Part shown: one piece after another, positions 24,921-35,596 of the stretch
Position numbering within the stretch: position 1 is the stretch's first letter
How the letters are laid out: the number at the start of each line of letters is the position of its first letter
Source of the DNA: Cyanidioschyzon merolae
Lineage: Eukaryota
Assembly (NCBI GenBank): GCA_000091205.1
Contig: AP006484.2
Length of the DNA: 64,000 nucleotides
Direction: 5' to 3' (one strand)
Position numbers and translations under genes: made by a program
Notes under the pieces: model-generated
Told to the model about the DNA's origin: nothing
Databases searched by the model: none
What the model saw: the letters and a program-made list of their open reading frames with translations, nothing else

Positions 24921-25158
24921 CCGCGTCGATGTATCCAAGAGGCTGCTCCAGAAACAAGCACAGCTACTGCGAATTCCGCAGTCGACGCGCACTGCAGAAG
25001 AAAACGATGCCTCGCTCTGGGACCGTCTGCGGTGTGGGAACCAGTGCCATCAGTCGGGTGATGTACAGCATGCGATGTACGAGCACCATGCCTACTTTGG
25101 AGGAACCTTCCGCCGAACGGTTGGTGTTGAAGTGCTTCGACGATACACCTGGTGCTGA
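24211..25158 (+). CDS. Hypothetical Cys-rich protein (possible zinc-binding protein)
   Basis: ~315-aa ORF. Cys clusters CFRCENCARTVWVCLCG and VFCSMDCYW, a poly-Ser run, no confident family assignment. The track start at 24208 is TTG; the ATG is at 24211. Confidence 0.3.
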
Positions 25159-26674
25159 TGTCTACCAGGAATGACTGCGAACGGATCTGCCCTTTCCTGT
25201 ACAGGTATACTAGCGTCACGATTCAGACATCCGGATCGGTACTGTTGGGTTTTTTGTGTACGATTTTTGTCTAACCATTCCCCAGTCCATTACTCTGTGT
25301 ACGTGCTCATCATCTATAAAAGATCGCGTAGCGATGATTCAAACACAATCGGATAGGGCGAGCAGCCACAGCTCGGACCTGAACTCGGGGAGCGTTTTCA
25401 TGACGTATCGCGTACAGGCAGTCGCAGGTTTCGGGTCGACGATGAGATCGCAGCGCCGCAGCACCAGCGTCGGCACACCATTACGAAAACGGTGCTCGCA
25501 TCCACCGAAGCTTTCATGAAGGAACAGTGCGTCGCGGACGTCGTCGTTGCATGGCCTTTGGTGGAGTGCGTGCGCTTCAAGGTGTCAACGCGGCTGCCTT
25601 GTAAGCAACAAGCGCGCCCTATGCAGACGTTTGTGGGTACCTCAACTGCATCATGAGGTACACACAGCGACAGCCCTACTCCTGGGCGTTCGAACAGCCC
25701 ATACGACGTCGCCCGGTGGTGAACAGTAGTATATGCTTATCTTGGGTGTCCAGATTTGGCAGCGCACGTACCCGAATTCACTACAATTGCGAATGGATGC
25801 CCACGAGATATCGAGCCTAACGTAAGCATTTGGTCTTCATCATGCGAGAGTGATGCGTGGGACGAGAAGCTCCAGCTCGCATAGATGATGCTGATGCCGC
25901 ATTTTTCGTGCATAGAGCTCCTGTCCTGAGCGGATTCCTGCGAATACCGCAGCCCCCAGTTCAGTGTTTCCCCTCGGACCAGAGCTTTATTGGATCTAGC
26001 GATCCGCCCAGTGGCTCGTCCGCTGCGCACGACTCGAGGAGGCGGGGCGCTGTTTTGCTTTATACGGTTTTGCAATGATAAACCTAACGACGGATCCCTC
26101 TGATGCACCACAATTACCGGAATGAGGACGTATTTGCCTGCAGAGTGTCGGACACGTGTCCATCATCGATCGGAGTAGCGTCTCGCGCGGTGCACGCATT
26201 GCGCACCGTAAGCGCGCCTGGGAGATCGGGCAGTCAACTGACGCGACGCGCGTGCCGTTGTTGAAGGGAAATGGGATCCTGATCAGGAGCGTGTAGCTCT
26301 CTTTTAAAAGTTGTATTTCCGTTAACTTGCTAGGCAAGTGTAGTTTTTCAGCTCACTCGTGTTTCAAACCTCAAGTAAAAATATTCGATTGGGGTTTACC
26401 GGTTTATAACAGAAGCGTTCAAAAGCGTTTTTTTTCCAAAAAAAAAACTAAAAAAGGAAAGCTATGAAAAAAGTTGACGATCTTGGAGGCCCAGTGTCGC
26501 TGGCTGCCAGAAAAAAAAACAAAAACCAGTGCCGAGTACAGAAGAAAAGGAAGAGGAAAAGAAGCAAACAATTTAGAGGGCCTACGTCGTAGGCAGCAAG
26601 AAAGACGCCTGTACGACGAGACGGTGGTGAAAGTCTGTTTTCTTGAACATGACTAGGATCCGTACGATGAAAAG

Positions 26675-28697
26675 TTGCGAGACGCTATCAGAAACCATGT
26701 CGACTCGTTCGCCAAGAGTATTGTCAAGGCGTCGTCAGGATTGGTGCATTTGGCGAGGGAGATGCATTGCAACGTGACGCACATGGAAACGGTCGAGATT
26801 CCGAATGAGTTCTTCGATAAGACCTTTACTCGTCACCTGATGCTTGGTACAGAGGAAACGCGGAAGGAAAATGAGCTGGTGCAAATCCTCCACGAAAAAC
26901 ATCCCCTTTACAGCTTCAATGGTACTCGATACTAGGCTTACCGGGATATTTATCCATATGGGCCCATGAAGTACCCCACGAATCTGAAGGACCATTTGAC
27001 GGTGAACCTCGAACGTTTCATGATACGTGCCGTGGTTACACTCTACCTGGGCCTATCTCGCAATGGAAAATGGGCGATTATCAATGGCGTCACGAACGAC
27101 CGCAAGCGTGAAGATGAGGTCGAATTTGTCGACAAGAAGACATCACGCAGGAGCACGAATGAAGCTTCTGGAATCCGTGCGGTTACAGAAGAGCACCGTG
27201 CGGTACTGGGGTTGGTTCATCCAACAGACAAGATATCAGAGTTGAAAAAAGACAAGGAAAGATACTATCGCCTCGTCCTGCGATATTTCGTGTTTTTGGA
27301 CCGAGAACTCGAACACAAGGTGGAGATGAAGCTGAATGGCGAAAAATGAAGAGTGGGAGAGACCGAAGGCTTTCCTAAAGGGGAAGCGCTTAAACGTGGT
27401 TCCAATGTGCAACATCAGGTCACATTTCGTGACTATCGACTCCAGAATCCTTTACGGCATCATGAAAGGGATCAGTACCGTGTTCAATGTTAGCAGGGAA
27501 TACTTCACCGGCGAAAACCGGGAGACGTACTGGAAGAATATCTTCGATTTCAAACGCCTGAGAGTGAGCAAGCAGAAATTGTTCACTGGGATGATCGAAA
27601 GCGATGGAGTAGCCTTGTGTGTACACGATCGGCGGTTGAAGACAAATCGTCCAGTTCCGCCCTCGGTCTCGCCCGTGCCGAAGCGTGAAGAAAAGGAGGC
27701 GGATCCTGTGACGCAGGAGGTGGAGGATAACGACCTTGTCGTTGATGCGGTGAAGCATGAAGAAAACAAGCAGGCGGATCCTGAGACGCAGAAAGTGCAT
27801 AACAACGACTTTGTCGTTGGCGCGGACCCCGGAAACACAAATATCATAACCATCGCAGTACCCAAACGTGCGGAGGATTGTACTGACGGTAACTTACGTC
27901 AGAAAGACATACGTATTTTTAAGTTCTAAAGATAGAGGCATTACCGAGAATCCGGTATAATAAATGCGAAGAAGAAAATCGGGACATGGAATGCAGGAGT
28001 CAAAGAGCACCTTGAAGCTTTGAGCGAGGTGACGAGCCGCGGAATAGACTTTCAAACTTTTCGGGAGTTCATGAAAGTTCTCGTTCCTCATTGGTAGGCG
28101 CTGTGGGAGGCGTATACAAAGCCCCGGTGGGCTCGTCTGCGTATGAACGTTTACTGCGGGAAACAGCGTGCATTCGCGAACTTTTTCAATGAGTTGAGTG
28201 CCTTCACAGATGATGAAAGTCACAGGCTCGTAGTAGCGTACGGAGCAGGGCGCTGGGCGTCGAGAACAGGTACTACGCCAGTTCCGTCAACAAGAACGTA
28301 CAAGGAGTGCGCGAGGCATTTTGCCGCAATGCCTGTACATGTGTTCCGAACATCGTATACACACCACGACTTGGAGTGCACACTTCTGAAAGTCGAGGTG
28401 GAAAAGTGCCAGCGGAGCCCGGAGGATATCAAATTGTACGGACCGCTGAAGGAAGAGCAAATGGAAAGCAGGGCAAAACTTCGAGAGCTACTTGCGCTTG
28501 TGTGCACAACCAATGATGGCAAGAAACGTATAAAATTCCTGTATCGCGACTTTAAGGCCGCTATCAATATGAGGACATGTGCAGTGCTGGAGAACAGAGC
28601 TCCGGAATGGACAGGAGGGAATTTGTGGGGCAACATCTCAAAGTGGAACTATATGAGAAACAATTGGAACCATTCGTACGTGACCGGTCGAGGATAA
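26675..28697 (+). pseudogene. Pseudogenised TnpB/Fanzor-like nuclease ORF (copy 1)
   Basis: Frameshifts between the N-terminal fragments. In-frame TAA AGA TAG at 27927-27935 (shared with copy 2). Copy-specific TAG at 28095-28097 where copy 2 has GAT. Confidence 0.5.
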
Positions 28698-28812
28698 CTG
28701 GGAAGCGTCTGCACCTCAGTGGATGACCTCGTGTCTGGGGCGCGTCACTCGCCAATATTCTACTCCGCTGGCGGCAGCGTTTTTCTTCTGAAAGGCGTTT
28801 GTTGTTGCTGGC
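26675..28812 (+). mobile_element. Degenerate TnpB/Fanzor-like (RuvC-fold, OrfB_IS605-type) element, copy 1, including the conserved 115-bp 3' flank; 5' boundary uncertain (could extend to ~26400)
   Basis: Fragmented ORFs at 26675-26935, 26966-27349, 27336-27929 and 27936-28697 are co-linear with paralogous fragments at 50918-52555 (minus). RuvC-I-like [16 protein letters not shown] (Asp codon ~27825). RuvC-III-like RDFKAAINM (~28549). Zn-ribbon-like FRTSYTHHDLEC. Reconstructed protein ~670 aa. Homology with copy 2 continues 115 bp past the stop, to ~28812. Confidence 0.5.
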
Positions 28813-28815
28813 GAT

Positions 28816-30543
28816 ATGCTCAGGTGGTCCGGATCTCAACAGGTAACCGACCGGAACCGAGCCGAACAGCATGGCCTGGTCGTGGCGTTCGCTTTTCCTG
28901 CTCGAGCACCGCGCCACAGCGAAGCAACACACGAGCGCTGGACTGGGCTGGCGCAGCGCGAACGCGGCTTGTGTGTACCGTTGAAAGCGACCAAGTGGAA
29001 ACGAGACTTGTGGCACTCGCGAAAGCTTCAAATGCAGGAGCCTGCACAGCGGAACAGAGAGCAGGTGCAAGCGCTAGTAGTAGGCTCTGGAGTGACTGGC
29101 TCTTCGTTCGCGTTCCTGCTGCAGCACGCTGGAATAAGCGATGTGATTTGCACCGAGGCACGAGGTGAAGTTGGTGGAAACCTTATTTCGCGTTCCAAAG
29201 ACGGCTACCTTTGGGAAGAAGGGCCCAACACCTTCCAACCAACACCGGTGATTCTGAAACTCGCGCGAGACGCGGGTCTCGAGTCCGAGCTTGTCTTCGC
29301 CGACGCCAAACTCCCTCGATACGTATACTGGGAGGGGGTTTTGCACGCGCTCCCGAGTTCGCCTGCAGACCTGATCACCGGCCGTTTCCGCCTGTTATCG
29401 AATGCGGGGAAGGCTCGGGCAGCGCTCGGAGCGCTCGGGTTCGTAGGCGCACCCAAACGCGTCGCACGGCAAGCTGGACCCGAGCCCAGCGAGGATGCTG
29501 ACCTAGCAGACGAGTCTGTAGAGGAATTCGTGACTCGCCATCTAGGCCGCGAAGTTTTCCTGAAGATTATAGACCCCTTCGTGAGCGGTGTGTATGCAGG
29601 CGATCCCAGCAAACTCTCCATGGCTGCAGCTTTCAAGCGCGTGTACGCACTCGAGCAGCTTGGCGGAACACGCGGGATTCTCGAAGGGGCGCTCATCCGT
29701 CTGCAACAACGTCGACGGGAACGTCAACGCTGGGCGGCAGAGAATCTCCCCAAGGTGAAAGCGGGTGCACTGGGCTCCTTCCGCGAGGGCCTGCAGCAGT
29801 TGCCGCTCACAGTGGCGACTCGGCTGGGCCCTGAGCGAATGCGAACTCGGTATGCACTGCGCCAAATTGAATACAATGGAGCAAAACGTGGAAAACGTCG
29901 CTATACTGCCCGCTTCGAAACCCCAGATGGCGAACGAGTTATCGAAACAGATGCCCTCATTCTTACGATCCCCGCACATGCGGCGTCACCGCTCTTGCAA
30001 GGTCTGGGTGTCTCTGGGAGTGAGCTGCTCCAGGAAATCGACTTTCCGCCGGTATACTCGGTAACTTTGGCATACCCAAAGTTTGCAGCGCGGTTTCCCC
30101 TAAACGGTTTCGGGAACCTGATACCGCGCTCTGCCGGTATTCGCACCCTCGGGATGGTCTGGTCGTCGAGTTTGTTTCCGGAACGAGCGCCTCCCGATAT
30201 GAATATGGTGCTCTCATACATCGGCGGTGCGCGTGATCCTGGTATCCGCGAATGCACCCCGGATGAAGTCGCTGCCCTCGTAGACGCGGACATGCGTCGC
30301 GTCCTCCTACGTGCCGATGCACCTTCGCCGCAAGTTCTTGGTGTGAGACTTTGGCCGCGGGCGATTCCACAATACAACCGGGGTCACTTGCGGCGCTTGG
30401 AAGCCTGCAACCAGGGTCTACAAGGCTTTCCTGGTCTCTTTTTAGGCGGAAACTATCTGAGTGGCGTTTCCTTCGGTGACTGCGTACAGTGGGCGTACGA
30501 TAATGTGCCTCGAGTGCTGACGTTTCTGCAGGAGACGGCTTGA
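28816..30543 (+). CDS. PPOX: Protoporphyrinogen IX oxidase (HemY-type, FAD amine-oxidase fold)
   Basis: ALVVGSGVTGSSFAFLLQHAGISDVICTEARGEVGGNLIS (dinucleotide-binding GxGxxG), ...YLWEEGPNTFQP..., and a conserved C-terminal HemY-like region. The first ATG at 28816 gives a ~72-aa leader (possible transit peptide); an alternative ATG is at 29032. Confidence 0.8.
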   Translation: MLRWSGSQQVTDRNRAEQHGLVVAFAFPARAPRHSEATHERWTGLAQRERGLCVPLKATKWKRDLWHSRKLQMQEPAQRNREQVQALVVGSGVTGSSFAFLLQHAGISDVICTEARGEVGGNLISRSKDGYLWEEGPNTFQPTPVILKLARDAGLESELVFADAKLPRYVYWEGVLHALPSSPADLITGRFRLLSNAGKARAALGALGFVGAPKRVARQAGPEPSEDADLADESVEEFVTRHLGREVFLKIIDPFVSGVYAGDPSKLSMAAAFKRVYALEQLGGTRGILEGALIRLQQRRRERQRWAAENLPKVKAGALGSFREGLQQLPLTVATRLGPERMRTRYALRQIEYNGAKRGKRRYTARFETPDGERVIETDALILTIPAHAASPLLQGLGVSGSELLQEIDFPPVYSVTLAYPKFAARFPLNGFGNLIPRSAGIRTLGMVWSSSLFPERAPPDMNMVLSYIGGARDPGIRECTPDEVAALVDADMRRVLLRADAPSPQVLGVRLWPRAIPQYNRGHLRRLEACNQGLQGFPGLFLGGNYLSGVSFGDCVQWAYDNVPRVLTFLQETA

Positions 30544-31414
30544 TGCAGCCTCATGAAGACGCTCACACGTGAATCACTGACGCAGCGATGCATGAACGCA
30601 CGGAATCTGGATACACCCCAGAACCGAGCAACGTCCCCAGTGTCGTAACCGTTGGTGTTGTCGCACACACGAACGCTGCAGATATAGAACTGAGAATCGA
30701 ACAGCATCCCTAGGATTGAAACCGTTATTGTTACGGTAAACAACAACAATGCGTTTATGCGTGTAAAGCACCCGGTTGCTGTCCGAAGTTGCCAACTTGG
30801 TGTCCGGTTCAACGCATGAGCCGCACGGAAAGCCGCAGATTGCATGCCGTAGCGGATGCGATGACGTGCAACGGTACTCAGTGTTGCTTCCGTGCCGACG
30901 TACGCCCCCAGATACCCCGAACAGCACCCAAACATGAGGCTGTGAGCGTTCCCTCGCGATATCGGCAACAGTGTCAGCGGGCTGAGCGCTATCGCGCCGT
31001 ACGCATCCTGAACGTGCGTTGGTCAATGCGCGCCCCACACTTGAACCGAGCTTTGATTGGATGCCAGGATCAGTGGAGGCGGCCTTTCATGCCCAGGGGC
31101 CAAGCATTCGATTCTAAAACGATTCCGTGAGGCGCCTCCGCTCATCCGTCCGGGAAACGGTTTCCAGTGCTTTCCAATGATCAGCGAGAATCGAGCGCAC
31201 AGGTCCATTGTGCAACCTGAAACCCGTAAGCCAACCTGCAAGACGTCATGCAAATGTGTGAGGAAATCCTGCAAGTTGACGTTCCTGATCATGCATTGCT
31301 ACCCGTGTTTGCGATGATGATCACCATCGAAATAAACTAGCTTCGGTCGCGGGCGTGATACACATCACTTCAGGGCAATAATCGAGAGCGCCGCGAGCCA
31401 ACGCAGTCGACTAT

Positions 31415-31978
31415 TCAGGAAACGTCGGCATCCTGCGGACCCTTGCGCTCTTCATGTTGATGTTGAGCGGCGGTTGGCGGCCGCCACCGCAGCACCAGCG
31501 CCTGTGCTTGCGGCATCCATCGTCGAGGATAGTAGTTGTCGATGACTTCGTCGTCGGATTCGAAACCACAGCTGCGATAAAACGCAACCAACTCTGTAGC
31601 TTGCAAAGGTGTGTGCAGGAAGACCTCGCGCACCTCCAGTCCATCAGGCAAGCATGGCGTCAGTACGCGTAGCAGCAGACGACTCCCGATACCTTGACCT
31701 TGAAAGACGGCATCAACCGCTACCGCATCAATGTACACCTGGGCACAACACGTGCGACGAGTCGCCACCCGGGCCAGGAGCACACCGACAACCTTCTCTG
31801 CATTGCCGGCCAGTCGACAGAGCGCCACCTGAGCAAGTCCAAGCCGAGCATCCCGTTCATAGGCTTCCTCGAGCCGCTGATGAAGACGTGGCAATGGCAC
31901 CAGGAGCGTGCCTCTGAGCAGCGCTAGCACTTGGCTCCCGTGTTGGCGCTCCAAGGGTGCAAACTCGACCCCGTGCAT
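31415..31978 (-). CDS. GNAT-family N-acetyltransferase
   Basis: 187 aa. Acetyl-CoA-binding signature QGQGIGSRLL (Q/RxxGxG/A), YIDAVAVDAVF, FYRSCGFE. ATG at 31978. Confidence 0.6.
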   Translation of the reverse strand: MHGVEFAPLERQHGSQVLALLRGTLLVPLPRLHQRLEEAYERDARLGLAQVALCRLAGNAEKVVGVLLARVATRRTCCAQVYIDAVAVDAVFQGQGIGSRLLLRVLTPCLPDGLEVREVFLHTPLQATELVAFYRSCGFESDDEVIDNYYPRRWMPQAQALVLRWRPPTAAQHQHEERKGPQDADVS

Positions 31979-32842
31979 GACGCTGAAGCCGAGGTTGTGC
32001 TCCTTTCAACGACGAAACGAACGTCGAAGACTGCCTCGGTCCGTTGAGAGCGACTTGCTGTTCCCGCTGCTTTTCTGTATAGTTCTTAACGGAAGCGCTG
32101 CTGCCAGCTCCTCGAGAACGCGCCGCAAGCGCACGTCCCGAACGACTCTCGAGACTCTTCAAGTCCGGAAGCTTTCTCCTCAATGGGTCTAGTACAGGGC
32201 TTTGGCTCGGGTATTCTGTTGTAGAGCTCCGAACACCTTCTACGAGCTGCTTTGTAGACACTCGTTTGTACGAGCTCGTCCCGGGTCGAGCGAAACAAGG
32301 TACGGGTGCTGCCTTTCGCAGAAGCGCCTTTTACGAGCTGTTCTCGTGACACCGTGAGGCTTGTTTCGCTGGATCCAGCTCAAGCAAAACAAGTTCAGAA
32401 CGCTTGCAGCGGAATATCCCGCGGGACACCTCGATCGCTGCAGCAACTGCCTAGTCGGGTAGCTTCACATAAAACATACCAACTTGTAGGACGACAACGT
32501 TCTGACCCGAACTATTCTTTCAGGCGATAGGAAGCGTGTCGAGCTCGCCAGGCGCCTGAAGTACCAAGTGCCTGTGCCGGCTTCCCGCGGGACCAGGAAG
32601 ACACCGAGCGCACGCGCCAGTATATGCGCTACTCGTTTAGACATGATCCCCAGAAAAACAGCACCTGACGCGACACATATTCGCCAAGCGTCGGACTCGC
32701 AGTGAAAACGCTTCGACCGACCAGCAGCAGACTCCCTCAGCTGACCGCATCACACGTCAGGACTTGTAGACTGCTATAACGCATGGTATGTGGTCGAGCA
32801 TCTCGCCGCTATGCCTGCCATATGAAGATACAGGCGCATCGC

Positions 32843-35173
32843 TCAAGGTTTCCAGCCCCAGACTTCGAGCACGACACATTCAAACTCGCCAAGGGATACC
32901 TCATTCGCGGGCGCATCGAGACAGAGCGGCGGGTTATCGAAGGTTTCGCTGTACCCCGAAGTTCCGGATAGCAACGCGTCATCCAGTGAGAGCGCGAAGT
33001 GGGCGCCCCCGCCAACGGCGATGAAACGCGGTCCCGAATACTGGAAGAATGTATTCTTGCCGGTCCAGGGATAAGGTTCAACGTGTCCCTGAGCATCTGC
33101 TCGGAAGACGAAACACTCACCGGTCCCGTAGAAGGTGCTCGCGTTCGATCGCCAAGTCTCTGTGACGAAGGCCCCGAAAACATGACCAGCACGATCCCGC
33201 ACAGCAACAACGCTCTGCGAAGCGTGCTGGGTACGGTGGTAAAACGTATAGAGCGATGCCCCATGAATCGCGGTGGAGTACACGAGACACCAGACCGCGT
33301 CTCGATAGCGATGTGGCAGTGCGTTTCGTAGGGACTCGAAATGATCAGGCGAGAGCACTTGCGAGTGAAAATTCGCCGCTAATGTCACTGTGGCTGTTGC
33401 TGGAGCAGTGACAGCGGTAGTGGCGCCTGCTGGAGGCAGCGCGACCAATGACGACGACGACGTCGACGACACCACTCTTGACGTATGCATTCGAGACGAT
33501 CCCTCAGGTGCTTCTGAGCATGTATGCGCGGGATACGCAGCGACGTCGCAAGTCGATGACGTCCTCGTTCTAGCCGGACTCTCAGATGCCTCCCCGGATA
33601 CATGCGCACGGTCCATAGCCGAGTCGTGCGCTTCAGGCGCTCCGCGTGTCGCAAGAGGCGCAGACTTGTCTGCTGCGGTGCTTCTTGTCTCTAAAGCCGG
33701 CGAAGATGCCGCAGCACGCATTGCGCTCGAGTGGACGCGAGCATGGGCACTTCCATCATCGGCCGATTCCCGCTCTAATGATGGAACCGGGAAAGCGTCT
33801 GTCGTCGCTTTAGCAGCTGGCTGGCTCGGAGGCCATGCATCGACTCCACTCGCTGGGCTCCATTGGCTACTGATGTTGTCGTCGTCGTCGTCGGGAGCCG
33901 AAGCCTGCGACCATACCCACCGGCTTAGCATCCGACCAAAACTGCCCCAGAGATCATTTCCCGTTCCAGCGTCTTTCGTCGACTGCTCCGATCGGGCAAT
34001 GTCGATCGGATTTGTTGAGACATTCGCAGCCGAGGCAGCGCTGGGAGCTTGCCTCTCTTCCAGCTCATCGACGGTGCGCTGCTGGACAGTGATCTGCTCC
34101 AATAAAGCCGATATGGTCGTATTGCGGCAGAGAAACGCAAGTCTCTCCGTATCTGCTCCAGAATCCGTTTGAGCATCTGCTCGAGGTGTGCACGGCGAGC
34201 AGTCCACCTCCAGCCATGCCCATTCCGCGGGATTGATGAGCTGCTGGAAATCCTCAGCACAAGCCGGACGAATCTTCCAGCGTCTTCGAGTTGGTCCCAA
34301 TGGAAGTGTGATGTTATTCGCCTTATTGTCGTCGTCGTCGTCGGTATGAAGCGCGTCGGCTCCCAGCTGCCGCTCCAGGATGCACTGCAACACTGCAAAA
34401 GCCGACGGATTCGTGGGCGGAACAAGGTTGACAGAGCCTTCAAACGTAGCGTTGCCTACCCGAATCCAACCCACAAGGCTTTGTTGATGGCTGTTCGATG
34501 AATGATGATCCGCATGACTCGTGGCAGAACGTGCTGAGGTCGCTGGAGACGCGCTCCGGCCACTACTCTGTGGTGTGGCCGGCTGGATCGTGCACCAAGT
34601 TTCTGGACCTGCTTCTCTCACCGCGTCCTGCAAATAACGCTGGAGCAATTTTTGGAGCCGAACAATGTCAGCACGCAGGCTCTCTACTTCTCTTTCCACT
34701 AGTCTCCGACTGAAACGCATCTGGTCTACCTGGGTTCGCATCGCGGCGAGCTCCGCTTCCCAGCGATGTCTTTCCCAGGAACGACGTTGGTCGTCCATAC
34801 ATCCAGCAGCTTCTAAAGCTGCATCTGTGCGGATAACAGGTGATTGTTCGGGTGTCCGCTGCTGTTGTTTCTGCCCCACTGATACCCGCGGTTGCGTACC
34901 CGGTGGTGACAGTTGCTGGTCGGCGGAAGCGTCGGGTTGCTGCGGGTCAGGTCGAGTCCCTTTTCCTGCCTCCGAACGCGACGAGGCTTGCGGCTCCTTT
35001 CGATTATCGAGCACAAGAGCGCTCTTGCCCGAGTTCGTGTAGTTCAGGGGCGCTTGCTGCACGAAGCGGAACGGCTGTTCCAGGGAGACGCGTTCGCGCT
35101 CGTTCACAGTACCAGCAGCAGCAGCAGTTGCTGCTGCTGCTGCTGACTGCCTGGTACGTTCGTCCACATCCAT
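32843..35173 (-). CDS. TLDc-domain protein (OXR1/NCOA7-like C-terminal domain) with a long low-complexity N-terminus
   Basis: 776 aa. C-terminal ~160 aa LPHRYRDAVWCLVYSTAIHGASLYTFYHR...GAFVTETW...GTGECFVF...NTFFQYSGPRFIAVGGG...GEFECVVLEVWGW matches the TLDc domain pattern. ATG at 35173. Confidence 0.65.
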   Translation of the reverse strand: MDVDERTRQSAAAAATAAAAGTVNERERVSLEQPFRFVQQAPLNYTNSGKSALVLDNRKEPQASSRSEAGKGTRPDPQQPDASADQQLSPPGTQPRVSVGQKQQQRTPEQSPVIRTDAALEAAGCMDDQRRSWERHRWEAELAAMRTQVDQMRFSRRLVEREVESLRADIVRLQKLLQRYLQDAVREAGPETWCTIQPATPQSSGRSASPATSARSATSHADHHSSNSHQQSLVGWIRVGNATFEGSVNLVPPTNPSAFAVLQCILERQLGADALHTDDDDDNKANNITLPLGPTRRRWKIRPACAEDFQQLINPAEWAWLEVDCSPCTPRADAQTDSGADTERLAFLCRNTTISALLEQITVQQRTVDELEERQAPSAASAANVSTNPIDIARSEQSTKDAGTGNDLWGSFGRMLSRWVWSQASAPDDDDDNISSQWSPASGVDAWPPSQPAAKATTDAFPVPSLERESADDGSAHARVHSSAMRAAASSPALETRSTAADKSAPLATRGAPEAHDSAMDRAHVSGEASESPARTRTSSTCDVAAYPAHTCSEAPEGSSRMHTSRVVSSTSSSSLVALPPAGATTAVTAPATATVTLAANFHSQVLSPDHFESLRNALPHRYRDAVWCLVYSTAIHGASLYTFYHRTQHASQSVVAVRDRAGHVFGAFVTETWRSNASTFYGTGECFVFRADAQGHVEPYPWTGKNTFFQYSGPRFIAVGGGAHFALSLDDALLSGTSGYSETFDNPPLCLDAPANEVSLGEFECVVLEVWGWKP

Positions 35174-35596
35174 GAGTGGGCAGCAGAGCGCGCTTCAGCG
35201 TAACCTGCGTGGACGCTCACGGCATCCAGCTCTGTCGAGCGCTGTTTGCTCGCTGGTCACGAAACGCTCGAGCGCTTGCGCCTTACGGCGACTCGCGGGT
35301 CTCGAGCTTCGGTAGTCACTGTGATAGCGTTCAGACAAAAACCTGATGAAAAACTTGCACACCGATCTGGTCGAAGCGGAGAAGCTCAGCGGCGTTATGA
35401 GGGAGAGGAATCCCGTCTGTAAAGTCAGGTACGATGCGGATGGTGAGCCATTCTGGTCTTTCAAGTAAATTTTATTGCACCATTGCTGCAGTGTATAGCC
35501 GGAGATCGAAACCACGATGCAACGTACCGTATCGAAAACGAACAGACACGAACTTTTACATGGTAACGAGATAACAATTTCGTTCGACCTGTGCGG

